This document shows positions 59,301-64,000 of a stretch of DNA of 64,000 nt, in pieces. The notes under the pieces are model-generated. The model searched no databases, was not told where the DNA came from, and saw only the letters and a list, made by a program, of their open reading frames with translations. Source of the stretch: Candidatus Lustribacter sp. (lineage in GTDB: Bacteria; Vulcanimicrobiota; Vulcanimicrobiia; Vulcanimicrobiales; Vulcanimicrobiaceae); assembly GCA_965277805.1 (NCBI GenBank), contig OZ255842.1, positions 3,232,001 to 3,296,000 on the forward strand, written 5' to 3'. How positions within the stretch are numbered: the stretch's first letter is position 1; each line of letters begins with the position of its first letter. Made by a program: the position numbers and the translations under genes.

Positions 59301-60470
59301 CTACATTGGGGTGCCGTTGGGGCGGGTTTCTATGCCGAATGTTTTTTTGTCGGGCAGCCATTTTACCCAGACGAGATCGGCGTCGGTGAGGCCGTGGTGA
59401 TCGCCGGGGCGGAAGTCGTAGATGCCACTCGAGCCGGCGAAGTCGTGAAGGCCGTTGATCCAATCGTCAACTTGCGCGCCGGTGGCGTCGGGGCCGAGCG
59501 CGCGCAGCGCCGCGACCACGATCTTGGCCGGATCCCACGATAGGCCGCTCTCGGGTGAGGGCGTGAGGCCGAGCGTGCGGTACCCGCTGTAGAACTCGTC
59601 GATCGCCGCGCGCAGCTTCGCATCGCGAATCTGGTCGCGAGCGTAAAAGCGCGCCGAATTGAACACGACCTCGGTTGGGATGAAGTGTTCGTAACCCTCG
59701 AGCTGCGTGTGGTTCATGTTGACGGCGCTGGTGACGATCGGCACGTTGATTCCGCTATCGCTCAGCGAGCGCAGTACGTTGCCGAACGCGGTGCCGGTGG
59801 CGAACACCACGATGCCTTGCGGATTGCCGGCCTTCACGCGCGCGACTTGCGCGCTCACGCTGATGTCGGTGGGGCTGAAGTGCTCGTAGGCGACGACGTG
59901 CAGATTCTTGTTCTCGGGCCGCGCGAACGCGTTTTGCGAAAGCGAATCGGACGCGAGGCCGGTCGCGTCGGTGGCCACCATCACGGCCACTCGCGTGAAC
60001 CCCTTTTCCCGCATGAATTTATAGATCGCCGGTACGATGTACGTGATCGCGACCGACGACGCGAAGACGTTCTTCTGCGTCGTCAGCAGTCCCGGCGACA
60101 CGCAGAACTCCACGGTCCCTTTATTCAAGACCAGCGGCGCCTCGGCCGCGCAGGCAGCAACGTAGGCCGAGCCCATGAACACGGCCGGGTTTTTGGCCAG
60201 GATCTGGTTCGTCAGCTGCACCGCGTTGACCGGATTGGATTGGTCGTCGTGAATCTCGAAGTGCACCGGCCGCCCGCGGATGCCGCCGCTTGCGTTGGCG
60301 ACGCTCTCATACGTACGCAGCGCTTCAGCGTGAATCTGTCCCGAATACGCGGACGTGCCGGTGAGCGGCAAGATCGCATCGATCACGTAGGGATCGCCCG
60401 TCGCCGGTGCCGCGGCTCCGATGGCAACCGTCCCGAACGCCAGCGCCAGTGCGCACACGAGCCATCTCAC
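59301..60470 (-). CDS. Branched-chain amino acid-type (LivK-like) substrate-binding protein
   Basis: LPLTG..A..G, NASGGIRGRPV, DDQSNP; signal peptide. Confidence 0.88.
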   Translation of the reverse strand: MRWLVCALALAFGTVAIGAAAPATGDPYVIDAILPLTGTSAYSGQIHAEALRTYESVANASGGIRGRPVHFEIHDDQSNPVNAVQLTNQILAKNPAVFMGSAYVAACAAEAPLVLNKGTVEFCVSPGLLTTQKNVFASSVAITYIVPAIYKFMREKGFTRVAVMVATDATGLASDSLSQNAFARPENKNLHVVAYEHFSPTDISVSAQVARVKAGNPQGIVVFATGTAFGNVLRSLSDSGINVPIVTSAVNMNHTQLEGYEHFIPTEVVFNSARFYARDQIRDAKLRAAIDEFYSGYRTLGLTPSPESGLSWDPAKIVVAALRALGPDATGAQVDDWINGLHDFAGSSGIYDFRPGDHHGLTDADLVWVKWLPDKKTFGIETRPNGTPM

Positions 60471-61039
60471 CACTGCGCGCGGCCTTCGCGTTCGTGTTCG
60501 CTGTCGATTTGCGCATCGAAGCCGTACGCATACGGATGAACGTTGCCGCAGCTCTTACACGTGCGGGCAGAGGTGTTGAATGCGCGGGCTTGTTCGAGCG
60601 CGTGATCCCAGAACGCCCGCAGTCCGAAGCGGCCGGCCGCAAACGCATCGCTCATCAGATCGGTGTTGCACTTTGGGCAATACCAGCCGACGGTTTCGGT
60701 GCCGAGTTTGCTTGCCGTCTTACCGGTCGTCGCGACCACCAGCGTGTAGTAGATGCCGTCGTCCATCTCGGCGCGGATGAAGATCGTATCAGCGGCGGTC
60801 GTGCGCCAAAAGCCGAAGAGGTGTTCGATGTGGTAGGGCGTGCCGCCGGGGATGCGGTGCATGATGCGCGTGCGTTCGGGAACGCGCAAGATGTTGCCGT
60901 CGCGCCGCTCGATCACGCTGAGCGGCGGATCGCCGGCCGCATCCTTCCGCGTCCAAATGTGGTAGTTGCTCGCCTCTTGCCAGCTGCCGTCACCTTCGCC
61001 GAGATAGATATCGTAGGCGGGCGTGTACGGCGTACTCAC
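60467..61039 (-). CDS. Hypothetical protein with two CxxC motifs (3-hydroxyanthranilate dioxygenase-like C-terminus)
   Basis: WYCPKC...FN...RTCKSCGNVHP; paralogue of the upstream gene; GTGA overlaps. Confidence 0.7.
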   Translation of the reverse strand: MSTPYTPAYDIYLGEGDGSWQEASNYHIWTRKDAAGDPPLSVIERRDGNILRVPERTRIMHRIPGGTPYHIEHLFGFWRTTAADTIFIRAEMDDGIYYTLVVATTGKTASKLGTETVGWYCPKCNTDLMSDAFAAGRFGLRAFWDHALEQARAFNTSARTCKSCGNVHPYAYGFDAQIDSEHEREGRAQW

Positions 61040-61671
61040 CAGAGCAGACGCGCCTCCGCTTGTGCCGGCGAATCTTTCACGGTGTTCCAACAGTAGCCGA
61101 GCGGGTTATCGTGGCCGCATTCGGGGCAGAGCCGCAGCTTGGGATCCGCGTTGTAGGTGCGCACGGACTCTTCTTCAGCGCGAAAGATGCCGTTAAGACC
61201 GAAACGCCCCGACAGGTACGGATATTCGAACAGCAGCGTGAGGCACTTCTGACAGTACTGCGCGTAGCTCTCGCGATCGTCGCCGGTCGGCGTCTGCATC
61301 AGCACGATGAAGTGTCCGTACTCTTCGCCCGGACGCGCGGGGATCGGCAGGTAGAGTTCGTCCATGTCGTTGATGTGCCAGAAGCCCAAGCTGTGCTCGA
61401 CGCGGTGCGGCACGCCGCCGGGCGTGATGTGAATCTTCATCGCCTTGTGCTGCTTGGACAGCAAACCGTCGGGGGTCATCGTGACCGAGTTGAACGTGCC
61501 TTTTTTCGGATCGACGATCTCTTTGAGCGTGATCGTACGGCGGCGAATCCCGATGATGTTCTGACCCGTCTCTTGCCAGGTCGTGAACTTTTTGACGATC
61601 TTCTCATCGAGATAATCCCAATCGTCCATGATCTTTTCGATGGGCACGTCGATGCCGACGGTAGCAAACAT
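61036..61671 (-). CDS. Hypothetical cupin-like protein with two CxxC motifs
   Basis: PGGVPH, FWHINDMDE, YCQKC...RLCPECGH.NP; AGGAGG RBS. Confidence 0.72.
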   Translation of the reverse strand: MFATVGIDVPIEKIMDDWDYLDEKIVKKFTTWQETGQNIIGIRRRTITLKEIVDPKKGTFNSVTMTPDGLLSKQHKAMKIHITPGGVPHRVEHSLGFWHINDMDELYLPIPARPGEEYGHFIVLMQTPTGDDRESYAQYCQKCLTLLFEYPYLSGRFGLNGIFRAEEESVRTYNADPKLRLCPECGHDNPLGYCWNTVKDSPAQAEARLLW

Positions 61672-61681
61672 GGGTCGCCTC

Positions 61682-62911
61682 CTATTTCAGGACAGGTAGC
61701 TCCTTCGCGCGCGTGCCGAGCCGCTCCGCTCCGGTCGCGGTCACGACCACGCTGTCGCCCCAGCGCATATAGTCGTCGACATCGTCGATGCCGGCCGACG
61801 GCTTGACGTTGAAGCAGCAGCCCTCCTCGAGCACGAGGTCGCGTACCTCGGGCGGCTCCGGCCGGCGGGCAACCAATAGCGGCCCGTCGTTGCCGGTGCC
61901 ACGCCCGTGCATCCCCAAGCCGGTGCGCACGCGGCCGCCGACGAGGCCCGTGCGCTCGGCCAGCTCCATCATCTCGCCGATCTTGAGGCCCGGCTTCATC
62001 GCCGCAACCACCCGGTCGAACGCTTCCCACACGCACTTCATCGCATCGTGCATGTGCGGCGGCGCATCGCCGATCGCCATGCTCTGATCGATCTGCGCAT
62101 GATAGCCGCCCCAGATCCCTTCGACCTCGACGCTCACGACGTCGCCGTGCTGCAGCTTGCGAAACGACGGCTGTTCGAGCCGGTGATATGGCCGCGTCGC
62201 CGGTCCGCTGACCCAGCCCACCATCGGGTGGAAGCTGCCGCCGGCCATGGCGTTAGCAAACATCATGTGCGCGTAGAGTTCGCGTTCGGGCACGCCCGGT
62301 CGCGCATGATCGCGCAGCGCTTGCAGCTCGATCTCCGCAACTTCAACGCCCTTGCGCAAGAACGCGATCTCTTCGGGACTCTTGCGCCAGCGCGCTTCGC
62401 CGAGCACCGGCGTCGCGCTGATGATGTTCGCATTGGGGAAGTTGTTGCGCAGCGTCTCGTACGAGCCCCAGTTCACGACGCCCTCGAAGCTGCGAATGTG
62501 TGAGATCGGCGTAGACGTCAAGCCCGCGATCGCAATCGTTCCCTTGGCGAGTTCGGGATGCGCGTTCAAATAGTTGGAGATCGTCTTGCCGCCCATGCCG
62601 CGTTCGGCCGCGCGGATGTCGGTGAACCAATTAGACGACGGCCACACGCCGCCGCGCGAGAGCCACGCCGTGACCTCGCCTTCGATCGGAAAAGCGACGG
62701 TGACTTCATCGCTGTTCTCGCCGAGTTGCGTGAGGTAACGCGAATCCGCCGCGCCGCGTCCGTGCTGATGCGTGAGCGGAAAGCACACGATCACGTCGAT
62801 GCCGGCCTTCGCCATCAGCTTGCGTACGAGCGCCCAGCGCCGGTCGCGCTCCTCGAGGCTGAATACGGCGTTGCTCCACTCAGGAGACCATTTTTCTTCA
62901 ACGATCGACAT
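61682..62911 (-). CDS. M24/creatinase-fold hydrolase
   Basis: FSLEERDRRW, KSPEEI, HGRGTG, VVVTATGAERL. Confidence 0.85.
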   Translation of the reverse strand: MSIVEEKWSPEWSNAVFSLEERDRRWALVRKLMAKAGIDVIVCFPLTHQHGRGAADSRYLTQLGENSDEVTVAFPIEGEVTAWLSRGGVWPSSNWFTDIRAAERGMGGKTISNYLNAHPELAKGTIAIAGLTSTPISHIRSFEGVVNWGSYETLRNNFPNANIISATPVLGEARWRKSPEEIAFLRKGVEVAEIELQALRDHARPGVPERELYAHMMFANAMAGGSFHPMVGWVSGPATRPYHRLEQPSFRKLQHGDVVSVEVEGIWGGYHAQIDQSMAIGDAPPHMHDAMKCVWEAFDRVVAAMKPGLKIGEMMELAERTGLVGGRVRTGLGMHGRGTGNDGPLLVARRPEPPEVRDLVLEEGCCFNVKPSAGIDDVDDYMRWGDSVVVTATGAERLGTRAKELPVLK

Positions 62912-62962
62912 GCATTCGCTCTTGCCGAGGGGCCATCTGCGATCCTACCGAACCGCGACCCC

Positions 62963-63925
62963 ATGAAAGCAGCGCTCCACCATCACTCACGGCGCGGGTT
63001 CATCGCGCTGGGAACCGCGTTCGGGTTGACGGCGGCCTCCGCCGTCGCGCAAACGCCGTCAGGGCTCACGCCCCTGCGCGTTGCGTCGGCCGCCGACGAA
63101 GACATCCTCGGCACGGTCTGGGCGATGCAGCACGGCATCTTTGCGAAGAACGGTCTCGATGTCGATCTGCGTCCGAGCAATAGCGGCGCAGCGGTGGCCG
63201 CAGCCGTTGTCGGCGGCTCGATCGACATTGGAAAATCGAGTCTCTTTTCGCTCATCGCGGCGCATTCGAAAGGCATCCCGATCGTCCTGATCGCGGCGGC
63301 CGGCGTCTATTCGTCCAAATTTCCGGCCGTCGGCATTTTGGTGAAGACCGGCTCGCCGATCAAAACCGCCAAAGATCTCAACGGCAAGTCGATCGCCGTC
63401 CAAGCGCTCGAGGATCAGTTCGCGGTGTCGGTTCGAGCGTGGGTCGATCAGCGCGGCGGTGATTCGTCAACCCTGAAGTTCATCGAATTTCCGAGTTCCG
63501 CCGCCGCCGCGGCGATCGTGGACGGTAAGGTCGATGCCGCTTCGTTCACCAACCCGAATTTGAGCGAAGCGCTCGCCACGGGGAAGGTGACGTCGATCGG
63601 ACATCCGTTCGATGCGATCGGCAGCTTCTTCATCCAGGCCGGATACTTCGTTACCAAGGACTACTTTGCCGCAAATCGTCCGGCGATCGACAAGTTCGTG
63701 CGCTCGATCGACGAGGCCAGCGCCTACATCGATTCGCACCAAGCGCAAACCGCCGAAACGCTCGCGACGTTTACGAAGATTCCGCTCGACGTCATCACGC
63801 ACATGGCGCGGACCGGACTTGCTGCCAAGCTCGATCCGCACAACGTTCAACCGGTGATCGACACCGCGTTCAAGTACAAAGCGATCCCGGCGAACTTCAA
63901 TGCGAAGGACATGATCGCCGGGTAG
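62963..63925 (+). CDS. SsuA/THI5-like substrate-binding protein, Tat signal
   Basis: SRRGFI leader, AKDLNGK, VQPVIDTAFKY. Confidence 0.88.
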   Translation: MKAALHHHSRRGFIALGTAFGLTAASAVAQTPSGLTPLRVASAADEDILGTVWAMQHGIFAKNGLDVDLRPSNSGAAVAAAVVGGSIDIGKSSLFSLIAAHSKGIPIVLIAAAGVYSSKFPAVGILVKTGSPIKTAKDLNGKSIAVQALEDQFAVSVRAWVDQRGGDSSTLKFIEFPSSAAAAAIVDGKVDAASFTNPNLSEALATGKVTSIGHPFDAIGSFFIQAGYFVTKDYFAANRPAIDKFVRSIDEASAYIDSHQAQTAETLATFTKIPLDVITHMARTGLAAKLDPHNVQPVIDTAFKYKAIPANFNAKDMIAG

Positions 63926-63931
63926 CGCTTC

Positions 63932-64000
63932 TTATCGAGCGGCGACGGCCTGCTTCGGCTGCGGGCCGCCGAACTTTTCGAACTGCGGCGTGATGCCGTT
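63932..64000 (-). CDS. 3' end of a gene beyond the window (partial)
   Basis: Open frame NGITPQFEKFGGPQPKQAVAAR ending in TAA. Confidence 0.4.
   Translation of the reverse strand, partial: NGITPQFEKFGGPQPKQAVAAR

Overview
High-GC bacterial chromosomal window, almost fully coding (about 53 genes). I saw no rRNA, tRNA, CRISPR array, transposase or integrase. The gene content (many orphan SsuA/THI5-like binding proteins, a copper-amine-oxidase-stalk/YXWGXW protein) resembles Vulcanimicrobiota (Eremiobacterota), but that is inference. The left half holds a proC-proB-proA operon, a ThDP enzyme with a signal-like N-terminus coupled to a di-heme cytochrome c, an AcpA-like phosphatase paired with a MauG-like peroxidase, zwf, an RND pump with a divergent two-component system, and a PIG-L/methyltransferase/GT2/acyl-CoA-dehydrogenase-like cassette. 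The centre holds a broken binding-protein gene and an AT-richer orphan DUF4157 (eCIS-core) gene. The right half is a large catabolic region: two UbiD decarboxylases, a Rieske oxygenase, hydantoinase A/B, a dihydroxyphthalate-decarboxylase-like protein, IclR with candidate operators, a probable thiourocanate (ergothioneine-type) degradation operon lacking its first enzyme, and a tandem pair of uncharacterised CxxC/cupin-like paralogues. All calls come from motif recognition by eye; no searches were run.
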